Part shown: piece by piece, positions 63,401 to 64,000 of the stretch
Layout of the letters: each line of letters opens with the position of its first letter
Numbering within the stretch: position 1 is the stretch's first letter
NCBI RefSeq assembly: GCF_000143415.4
Contig: NW_003314278.1
Location: forward strand, 2,058,362-2,122,361
Direction: 5' to 3'
Source of the DNA: Selaginella moellendorffii
Taxonomy: Eukaryota; Plantae; Lycopodiophyta
DNA length: 64,000 bases
Notes under the pieces: model-generated
Database searches by the model: none
Told to the model about the DNA's origin: nothing
The model's input: the letters and a program-made list of their open reading frames with translations, nothing else
Translations under genes and position numbers: made by a program

Positions 63401-64000
63401 CTACCCACTATCCCTACTATACATTTGGAACCCCCCAAACCCCCCCCCCCCCCCCCCCTTGAGGAACAAACGCTTTGGGCTTTCACCCTAAGCCTCCCTT
63501 AGTATCAGGAGTTAGTCTCTGGGACAAGCTCGAAACTTACTAAATATAGAATGTCCTTAGATTGCGAATTTGGATACGGGATGAACACCATTGTGTTCAG
63601 GCCAATCTCTATATACCGTAGATAGATATTGAGGGACTAATCTCAATACGCGAGGGTTCTTGTCAAGCCAGTGCAAGACAGAGCAAAAGAGAACTAAGAG
63701 CCAGGCCAAGTATGCTCAGCTAGAAACACATAGGAGTTCCTACCTTATGTCCATCTGGCTAAGTACAGGTGGTAAGCCCAGTAAACTAACACTTGAACAA
63801 GAGGGGCTGCTAAAGGGAACCAGCAATACCGACCTCCTGCCATCGTGGCAGTAAGGTAAGAGTGTCCATAAGGACTAGTCGACAGGTAACTTTCGATACC
63901 CGAAGTCACATGCGTGACACTCTCCCCCCCTTGGGAAGATCGACGTCCTCGTCGATGCATACTCTAGTCTAGAATACTACCAAGGAAAGAACCCCAGAAA
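63400..64000 (-). mobile_element. Family C LTR-like repeat (runs off the window)
   Basis: Reverse-complement homology to 13640-14240; carries the GGGTGAAAGCCCAAAGCG motif. Confidence 0.75.

Overview
Eukaryotic, non-seed land-plant-like repeat-rich DNA. The short ~50-nt introns, TTTAGGG telo-motifs and iMet-primed chromovirus suggest a lycophyte such as Selaginella, which is a guess. About 60% of the window is a nest of LTR retroelements. Family A is non-autonomous: 1.6-1.8 kb LTRs TGTGAGAC...CGCTTACA with hexamer/12-mer minisatellites, and an internal region that looks like decayed antisense pol. Family B is a full-length Ty3/gypsy chromovirus (23234-30707, minus strand) plus a probable solo LTR. 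There are also family C LTR pieces and older gypsy/copia relics. Target-site duplications resolve a 26-kb nested insertion (22069-48081, TSD TAATT). The main finding is that the chromovirus integrase is split by two tiny GT-AG introns (46 and 52 nt). Removing them exactly rebuilds the catalytic YHPQTDGQTER motif and the GPY motif, which an element copied through RNA should not retain unless unspliced RNA is packaged. Families A and B also share a tRNA-like hairpin array and a PPT module. The right end carries a decayed ParB-like + amino-DNA-methyltransferase-like gene, an FCP1-type HAD gene and a MULE transposase relic. Most ORFs in the supplied track are artefacts of LTR minisatellites. All alignments were made by eye.
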